Positions 40,544-50,340 of a DNA stretch of 64,000 nt are shown here, piece after piece. Positions within the stretch are counted from its first letter, which is position 1. Every line of letters starts with the position of its first letter. The notes beneath the pieces were generated by a model. The model saw only the letters and a program-made list of their open reading frames with translations, searched no databases and was not told the DNA's origin. The stretch comes from Oscillospiraceae bacterium. Lineage in GTDB: Bacteria; Bacillota; Clostridia; Oscillospirales; Ruminococcaceae. Location: assembly GCA_024695445.1 (NCBI GenBank), contig JAILIG010000117.1, positions 1,041 through 65,040 of the forward strand. Direction: 5' to 3'. The position numbers and the translations under genes are program-made.

Positions 40544-41926
40544 ATGCCGAAAACCAAAGATCTGACGGTCGGAAATCCGTCAGCCGTTCTGCGGCGCTTC
40601 TGTCTGCCGATGTTCGGCAGTATTTTGTTTCAGCAGCTTTATAATCTCGCGGACAGTTTTGTAGCCGGCAAACTGATTTCGGAGGATGCTCTCGCCGCCG
40701 TCGGAAACAGCTATGAAATCACTCTGATTTTCATAGCGTTCGCATTCGGATGCAACATCGGCTGCTCTGTCATTGTGTCAAAGCTGTTTGGCGCACAGCG
40801 TTACCGTGATATGAAAACTGCAGTTCATACTGCACTGACCGCGAGCGGCGTCATTTGTGCCCTGCTCATGACAGCCGGCCTGCTCGGCTGCATCCCATTG
40901 CTTCATCTCATCCGCACACCGGACAACATCATGGCAGATTCCGCGTCCTATCTTCGTATCTATATCCTCAGCCTGCCGTTTGTACTGTTTTACAATGTTG
41001 CAAACGGTATCTTCTCCGCAATCGGAGACAGTAAAACCCCGTTTTTCTTTCTGGCAGCATCTTCTACTGCCAATATCGGCATGGATGTGCTGTTCGTAAA
41101 GGCGTTCGGCATGGGTGTTTCCGGTGTGGCATGGGCCACGCTGCTCTGTCAGGGTGTCAGCTGCATTCTCGCACTGACCTTCGTTTTTCTGCGCTTTCAC
41201 CGGATAGAAACCCCGGAAAAGCCTGACCGGTTCTCGTGGCCGCTGCTGCGCGAAATCAGTGCCGTCGCGGTACCGAGTATCTTGCAGCAGAGCTTTATCT
41301 CTGTCGGGAACATCATTTTGCAGGGGCTCATCAACGGGTTCGGCTCCGGTGTCATTGCAGGCTACTCTGCCAGTGTCAAGCTCAACAATCTCGTCATCAC
41401 ATCCTTTACCACACTCGGAAACGGTGTCTCCAACTACACCGCACAGAATCTCGGCGCAGAAAAGCCCGATCGCATCCCTGCCGGTCACCGTGCCGCACTG
41501 CATATGATCTGGATTCTGGCCATTCCGCTTGCACTGCTTTATTTCTTTGCCGGCGCACCGCTGATTCGGTTCTTTCTCCCGCCTGAGGCACCGGTCGGAG
41601 ATGCGCTTCACACCGGTGTCCTGTTTCTCCGGATCGTCTCACCGTTTTACTTTATTGCAGCGCTTAAGCTCGTCTCAGACGGCGTTCTGCGCGGTGCTGG
41701 AATGATGCGGCAGTTCATGACAGCAACCTTCACCGATTTGATTCTCCGCGTCATCCTTGCGTTTTTATTCTCCCGCCCATTCGACTCCGCCGGTATCTGG
41801 ATGGCATGGCCGGTCGGCTGGACGATTGCCACCGGAATGTCTGTGCATTTTTATCAAAGCGGAATCAGGTCGTCTGAAAAAGCCGGGCTTTCCGCCCGTA
41901 TTCTGCGGTTTCGGCACCGCGTATAA
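40544..41926 (+). CDS. MATE-family efflux transporter
   Basis: ATG 40544 (MPKTKDLTVGNPS) follows GGAGGA. 12 TM helices. N-terminal LPMFGSILFQQLYNLADSFVAG is typical of MATE proteins. Confidence 0.9.
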   Translation: MPKTKDLTVGNPSAVLRRFCLPMFGSILFQQLYNLADSFVAGKLISEDALAAVGNSYEITLIFIAFAFGCNIGCSVIVSKLFGAQRYRDMKTAVHTALTASGVICALLMTAGLLGCIPLLHLIRTPDNIMADSASYLRIYILSLPFVLFYNVANGIFSAIGDSKTPFFFLAASSTANIGMDVLFVKAFGMGVSGVAWATLLCQGVSCILALTFVFLRFHRIETPEKPDRFSWPLLREISAVAVPSILQQSFISVGNIILQGLINGFGSGVIAGYSASVKLNNLVITSFTTLGNGVSNYTAQNLGAEKPDRIPAGHRAALHMIWILAIPLALLYFFAGAPLIRFFLPPEAPVGDALHTGVLFLRIVSPFYFIAALKLVSDGVLRGAGMMRQFMTATFTDLILRVILAFLFSRPFDSAGIWMAWPVGWTIATGMSVHFYQSGIRSSEKAGLSARILRFRHRV

Positions 41927-41959
41927 GAATGACCGTCCTAATACCGAATCACATACAAA

Positions 41960-42003
41960 AATGCCCGAATACGGATAATTGCTCCGCCTTCGGGCATTCT
42001 TTT
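41960..42003. terminator. Terminator between convergent MATE and ATPase genes
   Basis: AATGCCCGAA/TTCGGGCATT stem with a 19-nt loop, A-run before and T-run after. Confidence 0.55.
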
Positions 42004-43063
42004 ATAATAGTGACCGCCGCGGGAACTTCATGATTTCCGTTATGACTGCAGCAGTTTTCTCATTGAGTTTCTTGGGATTCATTGCAGCAATATAATTCTT
42101 TTCCAGCAGATCATGAATATGCAGCGCTTCTGCCAGAAGACTGACAGTCTGCTCCGAAACCGCTGATGCAGATTTGATGCAGAATCTTGACAGTGTCCTC
42201 TGTTCACGCAGTTTACTGCGGTCATAAAAGCGTTCGGTGCTGACCGTTTGTGCAGATTCCGGAAGCATCTCCGGCTCCTTGCTCTGAACGGACAATACCG
42301 CACATTCAGCCTCCGGCAGCAGCAGACCGGATACCGGCCGTTCGTGCTGTGTAATGGAACAGCTTACCTCACAGATATGCCTGTTTTCAGCCGCATAATC
42401 CGAAATCAGCTGAAGCAGCCGATGAGATGCGGCATAAAAAGGATCATACAATAAAACGAGCTTCCATCCCTCCGGGCAAAGCGTCAGTCTGCCTGCCGGT
42501 GTCAGCGCAGTCAGCTGCCGATTCCGAATAATGCCCTCGCCTCTCCCCTTTTTGGGCAGCAGCTTTTTTGCAAATCGTTCCGCAAAGCCGTCGAGTTTTT
42601 TGGTAAGCAGCGCATTTTTTCCGATGCTTTCAGTCAATTCATTCAGCGCGACAGCACCGGCGATACCGTTACGGGCCAAAGCGTGCAGCCGACGGTTCTC
42701 ACCGTAGTATCTCAGCGTGTCAGCATGATTCAGCTTATCCGGGGTCACACAATCCGCAAGATTGACCAATTCTCCGGATACAAACGGCAGCGAAACATCG
42801 CGTTCATGCGGTGCCGTAGCATCTGCGACATATACGCCGCGCTCTTCCAGCACGACCGCGTCAAGCGACTGCGGATCAGACGCACAGTGATACACAGAAA
42901 CCTGCTCCCCTGAAAAAGCAGCTGCAACCTTTTTCATCAAGGTCGATTTACCGGTTCCAGGCCCACCCTTTAACAAAAACCCGTAACCGGTTTTGTTTTC
43001 ATCCCAAAACGCTGTCTCAAATCCGTCCGGACCGGAACCGCCCAGAAAATATGATCTTTGCAT
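42002..43063 (-). CDS. P-loop NTPase of unknown function (PRK06851-like, spore-former associated)
   Basis: 353 aa. Walker A LLKGGPGTGKSTLMKK. No other motif I can name. Confidence 0.6.
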   Translation of the reverse strand: MQRSYFLGGSGPDGFETAFWDENKTGYGFLLKGGPGTGKSTLMKKVAAAFSGEQVSVYHCASDPQSLDAVVLEERGVYVADATAPHERDVSLPFVSGELVNLADCVTPDKLNHADTLRYYGENRRLHALARNGIAGAVALNELTESIGKNALLTKKLDGFAERFAKKLLPKKGRGEGIIRNRQLTALTPAGRLTLCPEGWKLVLLYDPFYAASHRLLQLISDYAAENRHICEVSCSITQHERPVSGLLLPEAECAVLSVQSKEPEMLPESAQTVSTERFYDRSKLREQRTLSRFCIKSASAVSEQTVSLLAEALHIHDLLEKNYIAAMNPKKLNEKTAAVITEIMKFPRRSLL

Positions 43064-43132
43064 AGAATCCTCCCGCTTTTCGGCTTTTTTGCCGGATTGC
43101 TATATTCTATGCAGGAGTACAAAAGATGCCAC

Positions 43133-43954
43133 TCATTCCGGAATTTCCAGCAGAGATCGGATGATTTCTCTGTCATTCAGCTTACCGCCGGCAGCTTCCG
43201 GGTAATCCGCCCGATTCCATTCATGCGTTTCAGAAAAGACTGCATCAGAGCAAAGAAAGTAGCGATACGGCAGATCACGGCCGGAATCATCCCATGCAGG
43301 ATCGGCATGATACCAAATCCCGCCGAGCTGAATCAGATTCCATGCGTGCGGCACGCCGTCCGCTGATCCCGTTACCAAAAGGCAAGGTATTTTTGCGTAT
43401 TCACAAAGCAGCAGATACGCCTCTGCGTAACCGGAACAGGCTGCTTCTCCGCAGATCAGTGCACCGTATGCAGAATCGGCATACACGCCTTCTCTGTTGT
43501 AAAGGCACCTGTCAAGCAGCCGGTCATATGCTGTCAGCGCAGCCTGTCCTGTATCCATCCAGGATACGGATTCCGCAAAAGCCGCTGCATACTGTCGGAG
43601 TGCGGCCTTCTGCCGGTTGAGGACATCTGCGCCGGCCGAATAGCTGAACCGGACGAAAACTGTCCGGTTTCTGCACTCGTATTCGGCCGTACAGAGACCG
43701 CTCCTGCTTAGAGCACGGGAACGAACTGCTCTTTCAATCAGCCTTCCGATCCCGTCCGCAGAAATACCAAGCTCTGCCTGAACACACGGAAATGACTGTT
43801 CTGTTTGCTCGGAAATCAATACTACAAATTCTGATTCCGACAACGGAACGGAAGCTGATGCCTGAAAGCGAGTATGCCGTGAACTGAAAATACACCGGCA
43901 TATCATTGCGGCTGCAAACAAAAAAAGAGTCGTTTTTGCCTGAAAGCGAGCCAT
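43133..43954 (-). CDS. Membrane-anchored transglutaminase-like cysteine peptidase domain protein
   Basis: 273 aa. N-terminal TM helix. Core GEAACSGYAEAY..VPHAWNLIQL..WYHADPAWDD gives a Cys-His-Asp triad spacing typical of the transglutaminase-core fold. Confidence 0.75.
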   Translation of the reverse strand: MARFQAKTTLFLFAAAMICRCIFSSRHTRFQASASVPLSESEFVVLISEQTEQSFPCVQAELGISADGIGRLIERAVRSRALSRSGLCTAEYECRNRTVFVRFSYSAGADVLNRQKAALRQYAAAFAESVSWMDTGQAALTAYDRLLDRCLYNREGVYADSAYGALICGEAACSGYAEAYLLLCEYAKIPCLLVTGSADGVPHAWNLIQLGGIWYHADPAWDDSGRDLPYRYFLCSDAVFSETHEWNRADYPEAAGGKLNDREIIRSLLEIPE

Positions 43955-44152
43955 TCTCCTACCTCAAACAGAAATGAACGGAATGTATCATGGTGCATGA
44001 TGACGAAAAAAATGTTGTGGCAAAATCAAAATTTGTGCATCCCTTCTTTTTTTGCCGTTTGCTATTGCCAAATGCCTCGAAATGTTGTAAAATAGACCTA
44101 TATTGAATGATTGGGCATTCCGCCCGAACAGAACATATTTGGAGGTTTTCAC

Positions 44153-44710
44153 ATGATTTCTGCAGGCGATTTCCGCAATGGCGTTACTTTTGAGATGGAC
44201 GGCCAGGTCGTTCAGGTGATTGAGTTCCAGCATGTTAAGCCCGGCAAGGGCGCTGCTTTTGTCCGCACCAAGTATAAGAATGTCATCACCGGTGCTGTTG
44301 TCGAGCAGTCCTTCAACCCGACTGCAAAGTTCCCGACCGCTTTTGTTGAGCGCAAGGATATGCAGTACAGCTACAATGACGGCGAACTGTACTACTTCAT
44401 GGACATGGAGACATACGATCAGGTTCCGATCAGCAAGGATGTTGTCGGCCACGCACTGGATTTTGTCAAGGAAGAAGAAATCGTCAAGGTTCTTTCCTAC
44501 AAGGGCAATGTCTTCGGTATTGAGCCGCCTTTCTTTGTGGAACTGACCATTACCGCAACCGAGCCCGGCGTCAAGGGCAACACCGCAACGAATGCAACGA
44601 AGCCGGCTGTCGTTGAGACAGGTGCTGAAATCCGTGTACCGCTCTTCATCAACGAGGGCGACAAGATCCGTATTGACACCCGTACCGGTGAATACATGGA
44701 GCGTGCATAA
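44153..44710 (+). CDS. efp: Elongation factor P
   Basis: [48 protein letters not shown] lies 7 nt before ATG 44153. TTGCCA-17-TAAAAT promoter at 44065-44093. Confidence 0.95.
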   Translation: MISAGDFRNGVTFEMDGQVVQVIEFQHVKPGKGAAFVRTKYKNVITGAVVEQSFNPTAKFPTAFVERKDMQYSYNDGELYYFMDMETYDQVPISKDVVGHALDFVKEEEIVKVLSYKGNVFGIEPPFFVELTITATEPGVKGNTATNATKPAVVETGAEIRVPLFINEGDKIRIDTRTGEYMERA

Positions 44711-44767
44711 GCTGTACACGCATTGGATCCAAGCGGCATAATACTAATTTAAGAGAGGATGAATCGC

Positions 44768-45340
44768 ATGAGACTGACTGAAAAAATCGCATATCTGAAA
44801 GGCCTGCTGGAAGGCATGGAGCTTGATACTTCCACCAAGGAAGGCAAGGCTATCCTTCAAATGTCTGAAGTAATGGAAGAAATGGCTGTATATATTGACG
44901 ATTTGCAGTCACAGGTCGATGAACTGACCGAATTGTGCGATATCCTCGATGAGGATCTCGGCGCTGTTGAATCTGATCTCTATGTGGACGAGGATGAAGA
45001 CGAAGAAGAGGAAGATGACGACGATGACTACGACCAAAGCAGCTTCCCGATCGGCAGTGTGCTCTCATCCCGCAGCGTCTATGATGACGACCTCGCAGAT
45101 CTGGATATGGACGACGATGAGGATGACGACTATGATACGCAGTATATTGTCACCTGTACCAGCTGCGGTCAGACTGTTCCGCTTGATGAGGAACAGCTTG
45201 CCGAAGGCAGCATAGAATGCCCGTTCTGCGGCGAGATGCTCGAATTCAATTATGATATGATTGAGGCGGAAATCCCCGACGAAGATACCGACGAGGATTC
45301 TCTTCCGGATGATGCAGAAGGCAGCGATACAGAATCGTAA
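44768..45340 (+). CDS. Acidic protein with C-terminal zinc ribbon (clostridial CD1247-like family, commonly next to efp)
   Basis: About 190 aa. Helical N-terminus, a D/E run (DEDEDEEEEDDDDDYD), then CTSCGQ..CPFCGE. ATG 44768 has better SD spacing than 44759. Confidence 0.6.
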   Translation: MRLTEKIAYLKGLLEGMELDTSTKEGKAILQMSEVMEEMAVYIDDLQSQVDELTELCDILDEDLGAVESDLYVDEDEDEEEEDDDDDYDQSSFPIGSVLSSRSVYDDDLADLDMDDDEDDDYDTQYIVTCTSCGQTVPLDEEQLAEGSIECPFCGEMLEFNYDMIEAEIPDEDTDEDSLPDDAEGSDTES

Positions 45341-45379
45341 TCCTGTCTGAACGCAGCACTTTGTTTCAACTTCAATATT

Positions 45380-45491
45380 TGTTTCAGGGCGAGGTGAAAT
45401 TCCTCACCGGCGGTGATAGTCCGCGAGCGGCATTAGTCTGCTGAATCGGTGAAATTCCGATACCGACGGTATAGTCCGGATGGAAGAAACA
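45380..45491 (+). promoter_or_regulatory. FMN riboswitch (RFN element) aptamer
   Basis: CAGGGCGAGGTGAAATTCCTCACCGGCGGTGATAGTCCGCGAGC..GGTGAAATTCCGATACCGACGGTATAGTCCGGATGGAAGAAACA matches the RFN consensus. P1 is TGTTTC (45380-85) paired with GAAACA (45486-91). Confidence 0.9.
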
Positions 45492-45552
45492 GATGAAAAG
45501 CCTTGTTCCGCGCAGATAGAAATGTCTCCGCATCAAAGGCAATTCAGCAAGT

Positions 45553-45583
45553 AACGCCTGTGATTTGTTCACGGGCGTTTTTT
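45553..45583 (+). terminator. Expression-platform terminator of the FMN riboswitch
   Basis: AACGCCTGTGA/TCACGGGCGTT stem followed by TTTTTT, about 40 nt before the ribU start. Confidence 0.8.
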
Positions 45584-45625
45584 ATTCAAATCAACCCGTA
45601 TTGATTTACAGAAAGGATTTTTCAG

Positions 45626-46306
45626 ATGAACACGAACCAAACTTACATCCCCGCAGACCGAACGAAAACCGACAGCATGACAAAAAAGCTTGTTGTTCTG
45701 GCACTGCTCAGCGCGATTGGCTATATAACAATGCTGTATTTAAAAATCCCGGTCATTAGCTTTTTGAAATATGAACCCAAAGACATCTTCATTACGCTGG
45801 CTGGCTTCCTTTACGGTCCGCTGGCAGCACTGTCCTGTGCTGTTGTCACGAGCCTGCTGGAGCTGCCTGTCAGCAACACCGGTTTTATCGGCATGGTAAT
45901 GAATATCCTGTCAAGCGCTTCCTTTGCCTGCACCGCTGCCCTGATTTACAAAAAACGGCGCGATCTGTTCGGTGCGGTCATCGGACTCATTTGCAGCGTT
46001 GCTGCCATGACGGCAAGTATGCTGCTCTGGAACTATCTGATCACCCCGATGTATATGAATGTCCCCCGTTCCGCAGTTGCTGCACAGCTGACGACGGTCT
46101 TTTTACCGTTCAACCTGCTGAAATCCGGAATCAACGCTGCAATGGTTCTTCTGATTTACCGTCCTTTCCTGCACATTCTGCGTCTCTGCGGCTATCCCGT
46201 CAGTGACCATATCGCTGACAAAAAGAGCGCCCATATCCTAGCCTATCTGTCGGCCGGCATTTTGCTTTGCATCTGCGTGGGTGTCGTCATCTGGATCAAC
46301 CGCTGA
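45626..46306 (+). CDS. ribU: Riboflavin transporter, ECF S-component RibU type
   Basis: 226 aa, about 6 TM helices. KKLVVLALLSAIGYITMLYLKIP.. resembles B. subtilis RibU/YpaA. Directly controlled by the FMN riboswitch. Confidence 0.85.
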   Translation: MNTNQTYIPADRTKTDSMTKKLVVLALLSAIGYITMLYLKIPVISFLKYEPKDIFITLAGFLYGPLAALSCAVVTSLLELPVSNTGFIGMVMNILSSASFACTAALIYKKRRDLFGAVIGLICSVAAMTASMLLWNYLITPMYMNVPRSAVAAQLTTVFLPFNLLKSGINAAMVLLIYRPFLHILRLCGYPVSDHIADKKSAHILAYLSAGILLCICVGVVIWINR

Positions 46307-46309
46307 AAA

Positions 46310-46996
46310 TCAAATCGAATCGTAGGCATCCCGCAGCGATTTCAGCGCTGCCTTTTCAATCCGTGAAACATAGGAGCGGCTGATGCCAAGTGTCTCAGCC
46401 ACCTCACGCTGCGTCTGAGGCGAAAATCCGAACAAGCCGTATCGCCGTACAATAACCGTCCATTCCCGGTTTGTCAGGCGTGTCTGCAAGAAATGATGCA
46501 GCTGCTTTTCCTGAATGGAGCGTTCAACCTGCTCCTCAAGGTCTGAATGATCGCTCATCACATCCAGCAATGTCAGCGCATTGCCGTCCTTATCTACTTC
46601 CAAAGGATCGTCGAAGTGAACATCTCCGGCGGTCTTTTTCTTTGCCCGATAGTACATCAGGATTTCGTTTTCAATGCAGCGGCTTGCATAGGTCGCAAAT
46701 CTTGTCCCTTTTTCGGGATGAAATGAGGAAGCCGCTTTCATCAATCCGAGCGAACCGATTGAAATCAGTTCGTCCTGCTCACGCTCCGGCGTATAGAACT
46801 TCTTTGTCATATGAGCAACCAGACGCAGATTATGCGTAATCAGCTCCTGCCGTGCAGATTCATCCCCTTCTGACAGACGGCGAAGGCATTCTGCTTCTTC
46901 CGCCTTGGAAAACGGCGGCGGGAAAGCAGCGTTGTGATCGACATGGAGCAAAAACCATGTCATTTGCGTGAAAAGTGCCGTGAGAAAGCCAAACAT
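46310..46996 (-). CDS. sigK: Sporulation sigma factor with N-terminal pro-sequence, most likely pro-sigma-K (intact, no intervening element)
   Basis: Hydrophobic pro-peptide, then NAAFPPPFS, HNLRLVAHMTKKF, ATYASRCIENEILMY, LGISRSYVSRIEKAAL. Stand-alone (no spoIIGA/sigG neighbours) and the LRLVAH motif favour SigK over SigE. Confidence 0.7.
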   Translation of the reverse strand: MFGFLTALFTQMTWFLLHVDHNAAFPPPFSKAEEAECLRRLSEGDESARQELITHNLRLVAHMTKKFYTPEREQDELISIGSLGLMKAASSFHPEKGTRFATYASRCIENEILMYYRAKKKTAGDVHFDDPLEVDKDGNALTLLDVMSDHSDLEEQVERSIQEKQLHHFLQTRLTNREWTVIVRRYGLFGFSPQTQREVAETLGISRSYVSRIEKAALKSLRDAYDSI

Positions 46997-47200
46997 CCTA
47001 TCACCTCATGACTTGCATATGTGAATCAGTCCGGTTTTATGCGCGTCAAACGATTCAGCCGCCTTTATTCTGCATCGTTGCCGATCCTGACAGAATCCGT
47101 CAGAGCCGGTTGTTCTGAACGGAAAGCAGCACACATAGAATATAACAGAACGGCAAGGACAGCCACCCCGCCGTCCAATGAACAAAAGGCGGTCATTCTA

Positions 47201-48136
47201 ATGCAGAATCGAAGCAGTTTCCGCAGTGCACTCCCCTATTTCCCGTCCCCGCTCCGTCAGGCGCTTTTACATATTCCTGAGCAGGAAGCCTCCCAAATCA
47301 CCGAAATACGGCTGCGGCTCTGCCGCCCGCTTCGCATTGTCAAACAGTCAACCGAATATTCTCTGACTGCATCCGGTTCCTGCACAACCGACGATACACT
47401 AGGAATCACCGTCACACGGGAATGGATGGACGCGCTTTACCAGAATTTATGCACACATTCCCACCATGCCGTACAGCATATGCTGAAACAGGGATATGTC
47501 ACAACCGCCGGCGGAAACAGAGCCGGAATCATCGGTACGGCAGTCGTACAGGGACAAGCAGTTGAAACCGTGCGGGCAATCAGCGGAATCAATCTCCGCA
47601 TTGCAAGCGAACGAAAGGGATGCGCCGAAAAACTGCTGCAACACCCGCTTCTGCGCGGAATCAACGGCGGAATCCTGATTGCCGGTCCGCCAGCATCCGG
47701 AAAAACAACAGTATTACGCGATATCGCCAGAATCCTTGGAAATTCTGCCCATGTCTGTATTATAGATGAACGCGGCGAGCTTGCAGCCGTACAAAACGGT
47801 ATTCCGCAGTTCTCGGTCGGTTCACAGACCGATGTACTGGACGGCTATCCAAAAGCAGAAGGAATCTCCATCGCAGTTCGTGTCATGTCCCCATCCGTTC
47901 TGATTTGTGACGAAATCGGCGGAAGTACTGAAACACAGGCAATTCTGATGTCAGTGAATACCGGTGTACGGCTGATTGCATCTGCCCACGCCGCAGGCTT
48001 GCGTCAGATATATCAGCGTCCGCAAATCCGTATGCTGATTGATGCAGGTGTTTTTGATGCTGCATTTCTGCTCGGAACCGGTACGCAGTGCGGACAGATT
48101 CAGGCTGCAGAGCGTTTGCAAGGAGGCACAAGATGA
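47201..48136 (+). CDS. spoIIIAA: Stage III sporulation protein AA (ATPase)
   Basis: ATG 47201 (MQNRSSFRSALPYFP). EIRLRLCRPL.., Walker A IAGPPASGKTT, LICDEIG. First gene of an eight-gene spoIIIA array. Confidence 0.9.
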   Translation: MQNRSSFRSALPYFPSPLRQALLHIPEQEASQITEIRLRLCRPLRIVKQSTEYSLTASGSCTTDDTLGITVTREWMDALYQNLCTHSHHAVQHMLKQGYVTTAGGNRAGIIGTAVVQGQAVETVRAISGINLRIASERKGCAEKLLQHPLLRGINGGILIAGPPASGKTTVLRDIARILGNSAHVCIIDERGELAAVQNGIPQFSVGSQTDVLDGYPKAEGISIAVRVMSPSVLICDEIGGSTETQAILMSVNTGVRLIASAHAAGLRQIYQRPQIRMLIDAGVFDAAFLLGTGTQCGQIQAAERLQGGTR

Positions 48137-48624
48137 AATACACCGGACTCACTTGCATTTTATGCGCGTGTACACTGAGCGGCTGTTTTGCTTCGGCGAA
48201 ACTAAGACAAACTGTTGAGCTGATCCGGATTCTGCGCCGGCTGCTCAGCGCAATCTGTACGGAACTGCAGCATACGCTCCCTTTTGTACCGGATTTGCTT
48301 TGCTTTCTTGCCGGACAGGCCGCGTTCCGCGAGCTTGTTTTTTTACAGGAAGCCGCAGCAAATGCTGAAAACTATCCGGAATGCTGGGACAAGGCACTGC
48401 AGCATGATTCGTGCCTCACGGAGCCTGTGCGTGACATATTGAAAACAGTCGGACAAACCCTCGGCAGCACCACACTGGAAGGGCAGCTTTCCGCTCTGAC
48501 TCTTTGTCAGGAACAACTGCGGGAAATCGAACTGGACGCGGAACAGAAAGCCAGACAGCGCGGCAATCTGTACTGCAAATTCGGGTTACTGGCCGGATGT
48601 TTTATCTCTATTTTGCTGTTATAG
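48133..48624 (+). CDS. spoIIIAB: Stage III sporulation protein AB
   Basis: ATG 48133 overlaps the spoIIIAA stop (ATGA) and follows AGGAGG. Position and size fit SpoIIIAB. Confidence 0.85.
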   Translation: MKYTGLTCILCACTLSGCFASAKLRQTVELIRILRRLLSAICTELQHTLPFVPDLLCFLAGQAAFRELVFLQEAAANAENYPECWDKALQHDSCLTEPVRDILKTVGQTLGSTTLEGQLSALTLCQEQLREIELDAEQKARQRGNLYCKFGLLAGCFISILLL

Positions 48625-48656
48625 CCAACAAAATCCAGTGCATATGAGGTTTCAGC

Positions 48657-48854
48657 ATGAACATTGATTTTATTTTTAAAGTAGCCGGCATCGGCATCAT
48701 TGTCGCTGTGCTGAATCTTGTGCTGAAACGCGCGGAACGGGAGGAGCAGGCAATGCTGACAACACTGGCCGGACTGATTGTTGTTCTGATGATGATTATC
48801 GGAGAAATATCAGAACTGTTTAACACCGTAAAATCGGTATTCGGTCTATGGTAA
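48657..48854 (+). CDS. spoIIIAC: Stage III sporulation protein AC
   Basis: 65 aa, two TM helices, MNIDFIFKVAGIGIIVAVLNLVLKRAEREEQAML. Confidence 0.9.
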   Translation: MNIDFIFKVAGIGIIVAVLNLVLKRAEREEQAMLTTLAGLIVVLMMIIGEISELFNTVKSVFGLW

Positions 48855-49237
48855 CGGTCATACAGGTCGCCGGTCTCACTGTGACAGCCGTATTGATTGC
48901 CAAGACGCTGGAATCCTATGCAAAAGAACAGGCTATGCTCCTGACGCTTCTGGTCGGAATCATACTGACCGCTTCAGCATCCGCTGCACTCGCTCCCGTC
49001 CTGCAGCGGATTGATTCCATGCTGAGCCTCGGCGGGCTGTCGGAAGAACAAACTGCCCTTCTAAGCAAAGCTATCGGAATCTGTCTGATTACGGAATTTG
49101 CTTCTGAAATATGCCGCGACGCAGGAGAATCCGCCATGCGGAGCGCTGTTTTGTTGGCCGGAAAAGCGACCTTACTCTTGCTCTCGCTTCCTTTGGTGGA
49201 TCCGCTGCTCCGTACACTGCGGGAGGTGGTTTCATGA
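48848..49237 (+). CDS. spoIIIAD: Stage III sporulation protein AD
   Basis: 129 aa, multi-TM, ..ICLITEFASEICRDAGESA.. motif. Overlaps neighbours on both sides. Confidence 0.9.
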   Translation: MVTVIQVAGLTVTAVLIAKTLESYAKEQAMLLTLLVGIILTASASAALAPVLQRIDSMLSLGGLSEEQTALLSKAIGICLITEFASEICRDAGESAMRSAVLLAGKATLLLLSLPLVDPLLRTLREVVS

Positions 49238-50340
49238 AGCATTTTATGTGCGTAATCTTTTGTATATTTCTTCTGCCGTGCTGTTTCGGCATTCATGCAG
49301 CAGCCGAGGACACTCCGTATTCAGAGCTTCCCCCTGTTGAAATCCCGCTTCCGGAGGCTGTGCAAGCAGAAATGGACAGCGCCGGCATTATACCGGACGC
49401 ACCGGAAACTGTATTAAACTATGGCCCGTCCCAAATGCTGTCATCGTTCTGGAATTCTGTCAAAAGCGAAGCTGCAGCACCTTTTTTTACGCTTGGCGGT
49501 CTTCTGGCACTGACGGCTGTATCTGCGCTGCTCTCCGGCACCGGAAACTGCGCGCCGGAAATGCAGCGCACTTTCTCGAAAATCAGTGTCCTTCTGATTG
49601 CGGCCAGCACGGCAATCCCACTGGTCACAAGCCTGGCCCGCACTGCTGAAGCACTGGACGACGGCCGCGTTCTAATGGCCGGCTTTGTCCCTGTTTTTTC
49701 CGGATTTCTGGCTGCCGGGGGTTCTGTATCAGGTGCAGCCGCTTATCAGCTGATCATCTTGTTTTTGACGGAGTTCATCATACAGCTGACAACAGCGTTA
49801 TTGTTTCCAATGCTGCGAGCCGCGACAGCACTCGGGATTGCAGATGCGATCAGTCCGTCCGTTTGCCTCGGAAGCATTGCTGACGGACTGCGTTCCGCTG
49901 TCAGCTGGATTCTTGGCACTGTCATGGCACTGTTCGCTGCATTACTTTCCGTCCGAAGCTTTGTTGCTTCAGCTGCGGATTCAGTCGGTTCCAAAACAGT
50001 AAAACTGCTCAGTTCTGCATTGATACCGATTGTCGGTTCCGCTGTTTCTGATACTTACAGCTCTGTTTCCGGAAGCATTCGTCTTATTGGTACCGGTGTC
50101 GGCGCTGCCGGAATCCTTGCGGTCGTGTTTCTCATCCTGCCACCTGTCATTTCCGTCATTCTCTACCGGCTGATATTTCGGATTTGCCGCATCACCGCTG
50201 AAATCGTCGATTCTGAGATGCTGAAAAAGCTGTTTGCAAATTCTGAGCAGATTCTGTCCGGAGCATTTGCCATGCTGGTCAGCTATGCCTTAATGCTGAT
50301 TTTCTCAACAGCCGTCATGCTGATGCTGTGCCGCGGATAA
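49234..50340 (+). CDS. spoIIIAE: Stage III sporulation protein AE
   Basis: ATG 49234 overlaps the spoIIIAD stop. Signal peptide plus a polytopic membrane domain typical of SpoIIIAE. Confidence 0.9.
   Translation: MKHFMCVIFCIFLLPCCFGIHAAAEDTPYSELPPVEIPLPEAVQAEMDSAGIIPDAPETVLNYGPSQMLSSFWNSVKSEAAAPFFTLGGLLALTAVSALLSGTGNCAPEMQRTFSKISVLLIAASTAIPLVTSLARTAEALDDGRVLMAGFVPVFSGFLAAGGSVSGAAAYQLIILFLTEFIIQLTTALLFPMLRAATALGIADAISPSVCLGSIADGLRSAVSWILGTVMALFAALLSVRSFVASAADSVGSKTVKLLSSALIPIVGSAVSDTYSSVSGSIRLIGTGVGAAGILAVVFLILPPVISVILYRLIFRICRITAEIVDSEMLKKLFANSEQILSGAFAMLVSYALMLIFSTAVMLMLCRG

Noticed and set aside
44949-45215. Alternative-frame ORFs within the acidic D/E-rich gene
   Set aside because: These are artefacts of the GAN-repeat composition. 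The frame with the zinc ribbon and the SD is retained.
46310-46996. sigK interrupted by a skin-like element, or alternatively sigE
   Set aside because: The ORF is continuous through regions 2-4, so there is no intervening element. There are no spoIIGA/sigG neighbours, and the LRLVAH/KKF motifs fit SigK better. The SigE alternative is not fully excluded.
47134-47141. CATAGAAT as a sigma-E-type -10 for the spoIIIA operon
   Set aside because: There is no convincing -35 at the expected spacing. The single 8-mer match is too weak to annotate.
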